A DNA stretch of 64,000 nt, from positions 99,482 to 163,481 of the IMG/VR virus record IMGVR_UViG_3300044739_000018. One strand, 5' to 3'. The position numbers and the translations under genes were made by a program. This stretch comes from a virus. The notes beneath the pieces were generated by a model that saw nothing but the letters and a program-made list of their open reading frames with translations, did no database searches and was not told where the DNA came from. Positions 52,756 to 62,786 of this stretch are shown piece by piece (positions within the stretch are counted from its first letter, which is position 1; every line of letters starts with the position of its first letter).

Positions 52756-53483
52756 CCGCTACCTACGCTCCCTTTTGGGATGGCACCTGGGTCGAACCGG
52801 CGACAAGCATCAGCTTTGTCGGAGCCAACGCGACCCCCCAAACGGATACGACCACGATCACAACCAACGTGCCAGCGGGGACGACGACCGGTGATCTGGT
52901 GCTGTGTGTGGTGGCCTGCCGTGGCAACGGCGTCATTACTGGGCCTGCGACGTTTACTAACGAGGGCACGATTGCCAGCGGGGTTGGCAGTGCTGACGCT
53001 CAACTTTGCATCTTCTCGAAGCGGCTGACCGCTGGACCTCCGGCCAACTACACCGTGACAGATACCGCCGGTGTTAACAGGTGGGCGATGGGCCTGCTGG
53101 TGTACCGGGGGACCGACCCGATCACGCCAGTTGCCTATCAGGGGTCAGCGTCAAGCTCGGGGGGAGCGAACGCCATCGACATCGTGTTGTATGGAGGGTA
53201 CCCCACCCCCACGGGTACCGATCATTGGTACATCCCCATGTTGTCCAACCGAGGCAACGTCAACTCGGCCGATCAGGATTTGGGTGTGGTCACCAACCGA
53301 ATCTCCGAGAAGACGGCGGCTACAGATCTGCTGGTCTGGGACAGCAACGGGGGATTCAACCCGCCGTCATCCGATCATTACACTCGCATGGGGACCGCTG
53401 ACCGGTGGGCTGGTGTCCAGGTCTTCTTGCAGGGTACGGCTGGCGCCGCCACGGCGTTCACCGGCTGGGGCATCCCAATCTAA
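52752..53483 (+). CDS. Virion beta-sandwich protein
   Basis: VPAGTTTGDLVL, LVYRG.D pattern. Confidence 0.6.
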   Translation: MTATYAPFWDGTWVEPATSISFVGANATPQTDTTTITTNVPAGTTTGDLVLCVVACRGNGVITGPATFTNEGTIASGVGSADAQLCIFSKRLTAGPPANYTVTDTAGVNRWAMGLLVYRGTDPITPVAYQGSASSSGGANAIDIVLYGGYPTPTGTDHWYIPMLSNRGNVNSADQDLGVVTNRISEKTAATDLLVWDSNGGFNPPSSDHYTRMGTADRWAGVQVFLQGTAGAATAFTGWGIPI

Positions 53484-53537
53484 TGGAGAGCCTCCAGTGT
53501 CGATCTACTACTAGGACCCAGTGGTTACGGAGGAACG

Positions 53538-53771
53538 ATGGAATACACCAGGCTTTCTGAGGCAGATAAGCGCCAGATCGTGGAACAGCGGCTAGGCCAG
53601 CTTGAGGCCGAGCACTACAGCCAGACGATCTCCTGTGCGCAGCTTGCAACGACTGACGACGGCTCGGAACAGTCCAAGCAGGCCATCCACCTCGCCAACC
53701 AGCGCCTGGCTGCCCTGGATGTTGCTTACGAGCGCACCAAGGCAGAACTGGATTCCGCCGAGGAGACCTAA
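53538..53771 (+). CDS. Small helical protein (fibre chaperone-like)
   Basis: GGAGG SD. Confidence 0.55.
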   Translation: MEYTRLSEADKRQIVEQRLGQLEAEHYSQTISCAQLATTDDGSEQSKQAIHLANQRLAALDVAYERTKAELDSAEET

Positions 53772-53789
53772 ATGACCTGGGGGGGCTGA

Positions 53790-56700
53790 ATGGCCCGCCC
53801 AGCATTCGGTGAACAGGCATTTGGGGAACTCCCCTTTGGCCTTGATGACGCTGGCGCGACCCTGGTCGTCAGCAGCGACACGGGGTCAGGCTCTGACGCG
53901 TCTGCTGTCACACTCACGGCAACGGCTCCGGCCAGCAGCCAAACAGGCTCTGGTAGCGATGCGGCTACGCCAAACGTCGGGCAGGCGAACTCGGATGGCA
54001 ATGGTGTTGAGGTTGAAGCCTCGTCTATCGCGGCGACTATCCCGGGCGGCTCCCAGACCGGCTCTGGTTCGGACGCGGGCACCGCCAGCATCAGCCAGGC
54101 GTCGTCAGATGGCAATGGAACGGAAGTTGAAGCTGCCATCGTTGTCGTGCAGGTCTCTGGCTCGGACGTTGGTGCGGGCACCGAAGGTGTTCCGAACGTC
54201 AGGTTCACGGCCTCGGACGCCAACGGCACCACCATAGAAACAGCAACCTCGACGGCGAACCTGTCTGGTTCGGATGGCAATGGTGTTGAAGTTGAGAGCG
54301 CCACCCTCATTGCTACTGTCTCCTCCTCAGACAGCCAGGGCAACGAGGTCGAGAGTGCGACCCTGTCGGCTGCGCTGGCGTCATCGGATGCCCAGGGCAA
54401 CGAGGTCGAGAGTGCGACAGCGACCGTTGCAGTCCCTGGCTCGGAGACGGGATCTGGCGGTGAAGGCACGGCGGCGATTCGCCAGGCCGCTTCAGACGCC
54501 AATGGTGCGACCACTGAAGCTGCCACGGTCACTGTCGCAGTCTCGTCCTCGGATAGCGGATCTGGTGCTGAAGGCACGCCCAACATCCGCTTCACGTCGT
54601 CGGATGTCAACGGTTCCACCACTGAAGCTGGCGCGGTCAACGCGTCGCTCTCGGGCATTGACGCAGGTGGTGGCAACGATGGAACGCCAAACGTCAGGTT
54701 CCAGGCCGCCACGGACACAGGAACAGGCGTTGAAGGCACGCCGACCATCACGGTCAGTCAGTCTTCGTCTGATGTCGGTACCGGGGCAGAAGGAACTCCC
54801 GACATCCGCCAAAGCAGCTCTGACCTGGGGTCAGGGTTGGAGTCAACGAACGTTGTCAGCGCCCAGCTCTCCAGTTCGCAAACTGGCACCGGTACTGAGG
54901 GTGGAGCAAGCGTTACACAGGCCGCTTCTGATGCGGGCACGGGTGCAGAGGGCACGCCGTCGATCAGCCAGGCGTCGTCAGACGCAAACGGTAACGAAGT
55001 CGAGACGGCGGCGGTTGCCGCCAGTCTCTCGGGCGCCGATACGGGGTCGGGCCTGGAGGGCACTCCGAACGTCCGACTTGCCGGTGCAGATAGCGGAACC
55101 AGCACCGAGAATGGCACCACGGCGGTCAGTGCGCTCTCCTCGGATGCTGGCTCCGGGGCAGAAGGTACACCAAACGTTCGGGTCGTGGGAAGCGATACGG
55201 GTTCAGGCACGGAAGCTGCCGTTCTCACGGCCGCCATTGCATCCAGCGACACGTCAAGCGGCCTTGAGGGCACGCCTTCGATCCGGCTTTCTGGTGCAGA
55301 CTCGGGCACATCAACGGAGAACGGCGCTGCGTCAGCTTCTGCCGCCTCCTCTGACGCCGCCTCTGGTCTTGAGGGCACTGGGAATGTTGCACAAGCCTCC
55401 TCTGAAACCGCTACTGGTACGGAGACGGCAAGCATTGCCGCACAGATTGTCAGCTCGGAATCTGGAGCTGGACTCGAAGGAACTCCCAACGTCCGTTTGT
55501 CGTCAGCCGACGCGGCTACGGCCGCCGAGGGTTCACCGGCCGTCTCCGTCTCTGTCACGTCTATCGACGCGGGCATCGGAAACGATGGCACGCCTAACGC
55601 TGCCCAGGCGGCACAGGACTTTGCTACAGGATCCGAGGGTGCACTCACCCTCAGCAACCAGGTCTCGGGCGCTGATGCCGCTTCAGGAGTCGAGGGAACT
55701 CCTAATGTCAAGCTCAGCAGTAGCGAATCCGGAACATTCACGGAAGTGTCTGCCGTCGTTGCGGCAACTGTCTCTGATTCTCAGACAGCCACCGGGACGG
55801 AAGGAACGCCGTCTGTCAGCCTCGGCAACACGGACTCGAACGGTTCGACGACCGAGACCGCTGTGGTCTCCGCGTCTTGGGCGGGCGCCGATGCGGGCAC
55901 GGCAATCGAAACGGGACTGCCGTCCATCTCTCAGGCAAACTCCGATTCTGGAGTATCAGCAGAAACGTCTCTCGTCTTCGCTACCGCTTCTTCGAATGAT
56001 TCTTCGAGCGGAACCGAGCAAACGCCAGATATCAGGCACAGTAGTTCCGATTCTCTTATTGCTACTGACACTGCACTCTCACTGACGGCTACGTCAGTCG
56101 GCGCTGACACTGCTTCAGGCATTGAGGGAACTCCCGCTATTAGCCTCACAAGTTCCGAGAGCACTTCATCAGTTGAAGGAGCGCCGAACGTTTCCGCTAG
56201 TGCCGCAAGCTCTGATGCTGGCACGGCGACGGAACAGACCTCAACTCTCAGCCTCACAAGCTCCGAAACCCTAATTGCACAAGATCTGACACTCTCGCTG
56301 ACGGCTACGTCAGAGTCGTCTGACGCGACTACAGGCGCTGAAGGCACGCCTGACATTGCTCATGCCAGTAGTGAAACTGGGTTTTCGCTTGAGGCCGAGG
56401 TGCTTGAGGCTGCAAGTAGCTCGACGGAGTCAGGTGAGTTCCTTGAGGGGACTCCCAACGTCCGTTTGGCGGGCAGCGATGAAGCCAGTGCTCAGGAGAA
56501 CGCTTTTGCTGGCGTTCCGGTGGCGGACGATGACCAGGCGTCTGGAGTCGAGGGCACTCCGAGCATCTCTGCAAGTTCGGATGACGCTGCTTCAGGCGTC
56601 GAAACAGAGACTTTGTTCGCTACGACGTCTGGGCAAGATGCGGGCACAGGCATCGAGGTTGCACAGGCGATCACCCAGGCAGACAGCGACTCTGCGACGG

Positions 56701-57743
56701 GGCTGGAGACGGAGGCCGTATCGGCTGACGCCGCGTCGGCTGACGCTGCGTCGGGTGCCGAAGGCACGCCTCACATTGCTCTTGCCAGTGATGACGCGGG
56801 TACGGGGCAGGAAGCTGCACTCGTCACCGTTCCCGTCACATCCACGGATGCTGGTACAGCCCTGGAGAATGCGCCAAACATTGGAATCGCATCTTCTGAG
56901 GCTGGAACCTCTACCGAGACAGCCACCATTCAGGCCGCACTCGACGCGAGTGACGCGGCAAGTGGCCTGGACGAGCACTCGACCCTCGTTGTTGGCGCAT
57001 CGGATACTGGATCTGGCACAGAGGGTTCGGGCGACCTCTCGCTGGTCAGTTCGGACACGGGCACTGCCGCCGAGGAGCACGAACTCTTCGTAACTGTAGC
57101 CAGCTCGGACAGCGCAACGTTCGTTGAGGACGAAACTGTTAGTCAGGAGTCTGGAGCAATCGCGCTGGCGGGCGAGGCGACCCTCACGGCCAGCGGCACG
57201 GTCACCACCTTCGGGGCAACCTCGCTCGTTGCCAGCGCCACGCTCTCGGCAGCAGCCACGGTCACCGTCAGCGGATCCGCCGTCCTCGCCGGATCCTCCA
57301 GCCTGGCGGTCGTTGCCAAGAGTGAGCTGTTTGCCCAGATCAGCCTTATTGGCACGGCCACCCTCACGGTTATTCAGGGCCGAAGGTTCGTCGCTCTCGT
57401 TTTGGATACGGAAGTATTCAATTTCAGTCAGACTATCGAGGTCCGAAGCCGAGACATGAATGTGAATGTTGCGTCTCATCTGGCTACTCCGGTCAGCATT
57501 TCTAGCCCGCTGGTTCCGACTGTTACGTCTCATGCGATGGGCATTACCACTGGTAGTGCAGCGGATGAACTCGTTGTGGTTGAGAGTGCAGCGGTAACGG
57601 TCGGTGTCCCCGACCACGTGCTGGTCACCGTGGCCGCAGATTCGACCTTGACACCGGCAGCGTTGGCTCCGGATGAAGTGACATCGGTGGACGAGCAGGG
57701 CGTGGACACCGAGATCTGGGAAGTTCTCGACATCAACATCTAA
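53790..57743 (+). CDS. 1317-aa Ser/Thr/Gly/Ala-rich acidic repeat protein (putative long fibre)
   Basis: Dozens of ~16-17 aa S-x-D-x-G-x-G-x-E-(GTP) repeats. Confidence 0.8.
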   Translation: MARPAFGEQAFGELPFGLDDAGATLVVSSDTGSGSDASAVTLTATAPASSQTGSGSDAATPNVGQANSDGNGVEVEASSIAATIPGGSQTGSGSDAGTASISQASSDGNGTEVEAAIVVVQVSGSDVGAGTEGVPNVRFTASDANGTTIETATSTANLSGSDGNGVEVESATLIATVSSSDSQGNEVESATLSAALASSDAQGNEVESATATVAVPGSETGSGGEGTAAIRQAASDANGATTEAATVTVAVSSSDSGSGAEGTPNIRFTSSDVNGSTTEAGAVNASLSGIDAGGGNDGTPNVRFQAATDTGTGVEGTPTITVSQSSSDVGTGAEGTPDIRQSSSDLGSGLESTNVVSAQLSSSQTGTGTEGGASVTQAASDAGTGAEGTPSISQASSDANGNEVETAAVAASLSGADTGSGLEGTPNVRLAGADSGTSTENGTTAVSALSSDAGSGAEGTPNVRVVGSDTGSGTEAAVLTAAIASSDTSSGLEGTPSIRLSGADSGTSTENGAASASAASSDAASGLEGTGNVAQASSETATGTETASIAAQIVSSESGAGLEGTPNVRLSSADAATAAEGSPAVSVSVTSIDAGIGNDGTPNAAQAAQDFATGSEGALTLSNQVSGADAASGVEGTPNVKLSSSESGTFTEVSAVVAATVSDSQTATGTEGTPSVSLGNTDSNGSTTETAVVSASWAGADAGTAIETGLPSISQANSDSGVSAETSLVFATASSNDSSSGTEQTPDIRHSSSDSLIATDTALSLTATSVGADTASGIEGTPAISLTSSESTSSVEGAPNVSASAASSDAGTATEQTSTLSLTSSETLIAQDLTLSLTATSESSDATTGAEGTPDIAHASSETGFSLEAEVLEAASSSTESGEFLEGTPNVRLAGSDEASAQENAFAGVPVADDDQASGVEGTPSISASSDDAASGVETETLFATTSGQDAGTGIEVAQAITQADSDSATGLETEAVSADAASADAASGAEGTPHIALASDDAGTGQEAALVTVPVTSTDAGTALENAPNIGIASSEAGTSTETATIQAALDASDAASGLDEHSTLVVGASDTGSGTEGSGDLSLVSSDTGTAAEEHELFVTVASSDSATFVEDETVSQESGAIALAGEATLTASGTVTTFGATSLVASATLSAAATVTVSGSAVLAGSSSLAVVAKSELFAQISLIGTATLTVIQGRRFVALVLDTEVFNFSQTIEVRSRDMNVNVASHLATPVSISSPLVPTVTSHAMGITTGSAADELVVVESAAVTVGVPDHVLVTVAADSTLTPAALAPDEVTSVDEQGVDTEIWEVLDINI

Positions 57744-57751
57744 GGGAATCC

Positions 57752-58057
57752 ATGCCGCTCTACACCGGTGAAACCACCCGAATCCAGACGAGCGCCACGG
57801 ACTACAACGGCGTCACGCTTGATGACGACAATGTGGACACGGCCCTGGTCACCATCTATCGCAAGTCAGACAACGCAATCATCGTTGAGGACGCCGCCAT
57901 GTCCTATGACCCGGACAATGGGGTCTTCTACTACGACTGGCAAACAGGAGCCACTCCGCAAGCCGCAGGCGCCTATCTGGCGAAGGTGTATCTGTCAGGC
58001 ACGGACTACGAGACCTGGGAGTACAAGCGGTTCAAGCTCCTAGCCAACCCGGTGTGA
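57752..58057 (+). CDS. Small Ig-like/BppU-like structural protein
   Basis: GVFYYDW...AGAY. Confidence 0.55.
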   Translation: MPLYTGETTRIQTSATDYNGVTLDDDNVDTALVTIYRKSDNAIIVEDAAMSYDPDNGVFYYDWQTGATPQAAGAYLAKVYLSGTDYETWEYKRFKLLANPV

Positions 58058-58065
58058 GGTAAACG

Positions 58066-58557
58066 ATGGCCGTTGATCTTTTTGACCTAGTGGAACCACT
58101 GCGGCGGGAGGTAAACCCTCCCGGCTCCAACGCGTTCCCGGATGCCACCGACGACGACTACTCGGGCTACCTCGCGGATGGCTTCTGGGAGGCCCGTCTG
58201 GACGGATTCCTGGCTGGCTACGAGGAGTCTGACGGAATCGTCACGCCCATTAGCGGCACCGACGACCTGGGTCGGGACTGGCAGCAACTCATCGTCATCT
58301 ATGCGGGCTTCCGTATTCTCAAGAACGCCCTACGACAGATGCGGACGGTCTTCCGTGCGCAGGCGGGTCCAGTCTCCTTCGAAACACAGCAGTCCGCTCA
58401 GCTTCTGCGTGAGATCATGATTGAACTGCGAGAGCGGCGCGACTGGTTGCTCGACAATCTTGCCTCCACTGGGCAGGTTCCGGCGTACTACATCGACGCT
58501 GTTGTTGCCCGCCATGACAGCTTGTACTTCGGGGACACCACCTGGGTTGGGTTCTAA
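58066..58557 (+). CDS. Putative head-tail adaptor
   Basis: Helical protein; synteny. Confidence 0.55.
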   Translation: MAVDLFDLVEPLRREVNPPGSNAFPDATDDDYSGYLADGFWEARLDGFLAGYEESDGIVTPISGTDDLGRDWQQLIVIYAGFRILKNALRQMRTVFRAQAGPVSFETQQSAQLLREIMIELRERRDWLLDNLASTGQVPAYYIDAVVARHDSLYFGDTTWVGF

Positions 58558-58560
58558 TCC

Positions 58561-59007
58561 ATGGCTGGGTCCAACGCCGCGTTCAACCCTGGCGAGTTCA
58601 GGACCGCTATTCGCGACGCCATGAACATGGGTTTGCCTGCGAATGTGTCGGAGCGGGCAACCTTCAAGTGGAACGTTGAGCGGACTTACACCGTTGCCGA
58701 CCCCGGTGACAACCCGTACGACTGGAATGACACTCCGGTCTCCACCACGACGCACGCTGATGTGCAGATTCCCGTGGCGGTGGAGTTCACGGCCCGTGCC
58801 TCGGATGCGGGAGCGAACAACATTGGGTCGTTCGACCCTTCTCGGGTCACGTTGACCGTTTTGGATGAGGACTATGCGCTGGTCCAGGGGGCTGACGAGG
58901 TGCTGCTGGGTGGCAACGCTTACGTCATCCGGTACGTGGCTCCGCCGCTTGGTCTCTTTGAGGTCACCGTCTACCAGATCTTTGCTGAAGCCAGGGACGA
59001 GAGCTAA
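58561..59007 (+). CDS. Putative head closure/stopper protein
   Basis: Synteny; beta-rich. Confidence 0.5.
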   Translation: MAGSNAAFNPGEFRTAIRDAMNMGLPANVSERATFKWNVERTYTVADPGDNPYDWNDTPVSTTTHADVQIPVAVEFTARASDAGANNIGSFDPSRVTLTVLDEDYALVQGADEVLLGGNAYVIRYVAPPLGLFEVTVYQIFAEARDES

Positions 59008-59525
59008 TGGCTTACGTCGGTGGCCTTCGTGCCCGCCTCATCAGGGACTCGGTGTTTCGCATGCTGCGTGACGGTCTGGATGCTCTGGACTGGTTCGACC
59101 CCACGCGCAAGCACAAGCCCGTCACCATGCGGGCATCAGACGTGCCTCAGGATGAGGAGATTGCGCCAAACACGGTCGCCCTCGCTGACGAGGATCAGGA
59201 TGAGTTGGAGGACGAGCTTGGCAGCAACATGGCCGAGCACCGCTGGACCTTCTTTCTGGACTTCTATGCCGAGAACGACACCATCGGCATCCATCTCATC
59301 AACGACGTGAAGGCGATCCTCGGAGGCAGGATCCCGTCCATTGGTCGCACGGGTCCCTTCTGCCATGTGTACGACTACATGCAGGCAACTCCGCCGAAGA
59401 TCTTCACAGTGGAGATCGAGAACATTGTTCTGGATCGGGGGCACGACTTTCCGCAGGCGTGGCTCCGCTACTGGTATTCGTGTCGGTTCGAAATTGTTGA
59501 TCACTATGGGGACGAGATCGAATAA
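59007..59525 (+). CDS. Putative tail terminator
   Basis: Synteny; LDFYAE motif. Confidence 0.5.
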   Translation: MAYVGGLRARLIRDSVFRMLRDGLDALDWFDPTRKHKPVTMRASDVPQDEEIAPNTVALADEDQDELEDELGSNMAEHRWTFFLDFYAENDTIGIHLINDVKAILGGRIPSIGRTGPFCHVYDYMQATPPKIFTVEIENIVLDRGHDFPQAWLRYWYSCRFEIVDHYGDEIE

Positions 59526-60766
59526 TGCCCATTGTTTACGCCACCATTGAGGACCCGAGTGGCAACCCACTTCGTCGCGCCTACGTCGAGGCGAGGGTTG
59601 CGGTGGATGATGCCACTCACGTTTACCGCCCGGCAGATGAAGTGAGTCTGGTCTCCCGGAGCAATGGTTACACTGACTCCAACGGACGTTGGGAACTGGA
59701 CCTTGCGCCTAACGAGGACCTGACCCCAGCGAACACGGTCTACGAAGTCATCGAGGCTCCCCAGACGGGCAGGTTCCGGGTCAGCTACATCCTCGTGCCC
59801 GACGAGGCTGGCCCGCTTTGGCTGGAGGATTTGCTGGTGGATCCACCGCAGGATCTTCCTGATCCTGTTGGTGAGATCCTGGCCGCAGATGTGACCTTCG
59901 CTCCCGCAGGCACCATTGAGGCAACGGACGTTCAGGCTGCCATCCTTGAGGCTGCGTCTGAAGGCGGTAGTAGCGGACCAACGATTCCCATGGGCGTAGT
60001 CACGACAGACGCCGACTACACGGTGCAGCCAGAGGACCGCTGGATCGTTGTTGACTCGTCGGTCAACCAGTGGGTCATCATTACGCTGCCCGACGCCGAC
60101 CCTGGCGCGGCTGTCACCATCATCCGGACTGACGAAGTGGACGAAGACGGCTCGGGGATTCAGGTGAATGGCACGAGCGTCTCTCAGATTAATGGCCGTC
60201 AGTTCACCATTCTGATGGAGGGCGCGTTCGAGTTCGTGTGCGTGGATGGCACGACCTGGCGGTGCGCTAGCAGTCCATTCGACTTCATAGCGTTGGTCGG
60301 CACCGTGGCTCCCAATGTCGTCTTTGTGCCGCGCTGGGAGTCCGGTGGCTTCGGCGGGGCGCAATGGACCGTCGACCAGTTGAGCCTCCAAAACCTCATG
60401 GGGATGGAGGCTGTGTCTCCCAGCGACGGCCAAGTCCTGTATTGGGAGTCCTCTATCCCGGGCTGGAGCACCAAGAGCGTCCCGGCGTACATCCCGCTCA
60501 ACAACTTCAGTGGTGATGTGGGTATCGGTGACGAGAGCAGCGGCATTTTCTTGGTTGACACCGATGGCGCACCGCGCACGGTGACGTTGCCGACCGCCAT
60601 GTATGGCCTACAAATCACGATCAAGAAGGTGGACACGTCAGCGGATTCGCTGACCATCACCACCTTGGATGGTGCCCTGATTGACGGCGAAGCTGCCGTA
60701 GTTCTTGACACCCCGTATCAGTCTCGCGACCTCGTTTGCGACGGAACGAATTGGTGGTTGGTATGA
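59525..60766 (+). CDS. Minor tail/fibre protein
   Basis: TDSNGRWELDL.PN; repeated ITLP..../DGTNW modules. Confidence 0.65.
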   Translation: MPIVYATIEDPSGNPLRRAYVEARVAVDDATHVYRPADEVSLVSRSNGYTDSNGRWELDLAPNEDLTPANTVYEVIEAPQTGRFRVSYILVPDEAGPLWLEDLLVDPPQDLPDPVGEILAADVTFAPAGTIEATDVQAAILEAASEGGSSGPTIPMGVVTTDADYTVQPEDRWIVVDSSVNQWVIITLPDADPGAAVTIIRTDEVDEDGSGIQVNGTSVSQINGRQFTILMEGAFEFVCVDGTTWRCASSPFDFIALVGTVAPNVVFVPRWESGGFGGAQWTVDQLSLQNLMGMEAVSPSDGQVLYWESSIPGWSTKSVPAYIPLNNFSGDVGIGDESSGIFLVDTDGAPRTVTLPTAMYGLQITIKKVDTSADSLTITTLDGALIDGEAAVVLDTPYQSRDLVCDGTNWWLV

Positions 60767-61320
60767 GTTACGATCCGCCGCAGGACGGCACAACGCAGAC
60801 AAGTCCATACATTTCGGGGTTTTTCTATATCCCCACGACGGAGACGGCCAACTCGACTGGCGTTGCGTATGGCAACATCATCGTATTGGTTCCCTTCTGG
60901 TTCCCGGGACCGATCACGATTGATTCGCTGGCCGTTTGGACGAACTCAGCAGGTACGTCTGCCCGCCTGGGTCTCTACACGGTCGCTCCTACTGATCCTG
61001 TCATGACGAAGGTGGCCGACAGTGGTTCCGTTGCCCTGAACTCTGCTTCGGACACGATTCTGGACATCACGAACTATTCCGTATCAGCAGGCACGTTGTT
61101 GTTCACGGCCTACACGCCTACGTCTGGCAACCCGAACATTCAGTCAGTGAGTGCCTCTGGCGGCGTCGAGTTCCTTGGTATGCCGAGCGGTCTAAACAAC
61201 CAACGTCGGGCCTACCAGGTCAACTACAGCGCGGGAACACTGCCTGCCACGATCAACAAGGCCAGCCTACAAACGGCCATTGGCTCCGGGCAGCCGTATA
61301 TCTGGGTTCGGGCAGCGTAA
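60763..61320 (+). CDS. Fibre tip-like protein
   Basis: ARLGLY beta-sandwich pattern. Confidence 0.55.
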   Translation: MSYDPPQDGTTQTSPYISGFFYIPTTETANSTGVAYGNIIVLVPFWFPGPITIDSLAVWTNSAGTSARLGLYTVAPTDPVMTKVADSGSVALNSASDTILDITNYSVSAGTLLFTAYTPTSGNPNIQSVSASGGVEFLGMPSGLNNQRRAYQVNYSAGTLPATINKASLQTAIGSGQPYIWVRAA

Positions 61321-61361
61321 TTGCCGATGAACTCCTAGGAGCTAATGCTTAAGGAGTCCCG

Positions 61362-61643
61362 ATGAACCCGGTGCTAGCCGACATCTTGAAGAAGCGCATG
61401 GACAAGGCTTGTGCCATCGTGCTCGGCGTCAAGGAGCGCGAGTGCGACAAGTACTTGCCGCCCGAGGCCCGCTCCAAGCTACGGAAGGTCGTTCTCGATC
61501 AGATGAACGAGTTCTATGACCTCTGCTGCGACGTTATGCGGTCGCTGGACCGCGGAGACACGGTGCTCAACGAGAAGTACCTGGAGAAGCTGGACGATAT
61601 TCATGATGCCGTCGTCCTGAACGGGCACAACAGGCGTGGCTAG
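61362..61643 (+). CDS. Hypothetical protein
   Basis: AAGGAG SD. Confidence 0.6.
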   Translation: MNPVLADILKKRMDKACAIVLGVKERECDKYLPPEARSKLRKVVLDQMNEFYDLCCDVMRSLDRGDTVLNEKYLEKLDDIHDAVVLNGHNRRG

Positions 61644-62655
61644 TGCGAACTATCCCGGGGGGCCGCCATTCTCGAATGACGCCCAAGCAGCCATCGCTGC
61701 CGAGGAGTACAGGGTCATTCTCGAACTGCGCAAGCACGTCGTTGACGCAGCAAAGAAGGGCCTCATGGGCCACAACAATCGAATCCAGAAGCTGGCCTCC
61801 GCTCTGGCTCTGAGTGGCACCAACAACCCTGCCGTTCTCAAGGCCAACCGGGCTATTGCTGAGAAAATGCACATCGCTGTGAAGAATGCTTTCCGGGCAC
61901 GGGTTGAGAACAAGAAGCGGGTTGCGTCCTATCGAGTCGGCAAGGGTCGACTCTCCGGCGGTGCCCTCAAGAGGGCCGTCTTCCATGAGTCTCAGGTGAA
62001 GGCTGATGGCACTGGAATCACGTACATCAACCAGAAGTTGCTGAACAGCGAGGCCCGACACTGGGCGCGACTGAACTTCGGTGCTGGTGCTGCCGGTGCC
62101 AAGACCGTTCAACGCAGAACGTATGACCTCACGTTCGGAGGAACCAGGAAGGGTGGCCCTTCGGCGCAGGGCACCAAGGTCAAGAAGGTCGGGTTTGGCA
62201 GTTTGCACGGGGCAAGGCCGCCGTTCTTCATGCCCCTGGGTATCTGGGGCACCGAGGACGAGCAGGGCAGGATTGGCAAGGGAACGCAGCGGCCTGGCTC
62301 CCTTGGTCGGCGGAGGTTCAAGAACACCAAGGGGAACTGGGTCGGCGGAGCGCCTATTGGCAACGCCAGTTTCAGAAACGACATGGGCTACGGAAACCGT
62401 CGCGGTGGCCGTGGCCGGTTCGCGAAGCGCAACAACGCCCAGTTCTTCCCTCTTGGGACTGGTCGGTTCTACAACAAGCCGACCATTGGTATCCGAGCAG
62501 CCAACTTCTTCAACGATGGCTTCGCCGCTCTCGTAAAGGAGTTCCCTCGGGAGTACTACAAGATGTATGACACCTGGGTGAAGCAGAAGAAGGCCCAGGG
62601 ACAGGTCATCAAGCGGACTGCGGTCAAAATCCGAGGCGGGCAGCCAGTCATTTAG
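61636..62655 (+). CDS. Basic neck/tail-completion-like protein
   Basis: Arg/Lys/Gly-rich, before the major tail gene. Confidence 0.5.
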   Translation: MASANYPGGPPFSNDAQAAIAAEEYRVILELRKHVVDAAKKGLMGHNNRIQKLASALALSGTNNPAVLKANRAIAEKMHIAVKNAFRARVENKKRVASYRVGKGRLSGGALKRAVFHESQVKADGTGITYINQKLLNSEARHWARLNFGAGAAGAKTVQRRTYDLTFGGTRKGGPSAQGTKVKKVGFGSLHGARPPFFMPLGIWGTEDEQGRIGKGTQRPGSLGRRRFKNTKGNWVGGAPIGNASFRNDMGYGNRRGGRGRFAKRNNAQFFPLGTGRFYNKPTIGIRAANFFNDGFAALVKEFPREYYKMYDTWVKQKKAQGQVIKRTAVKIRGGQPVI

Positions 62656-62786
62656 CTTGAACTGCTGCGCTCGTATGCCGATGACGATTATCAGATACGC
62701 AGGCAGATTTGGGCGCGTACGTCAGTATGCGATAACGGTGTAGTTCTTGGTTAGGAGGGTCTGCGTCCACCTTATAGGAGGCCACA

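Noticed and set aside
53790-57743. CRISPR array or DNA tandem repeat
   Set aside because: The repeats are degenerate at DNA level and conserved only as protein periodicity. No identical repeat-spacer pattern was seen anywhere in the window.
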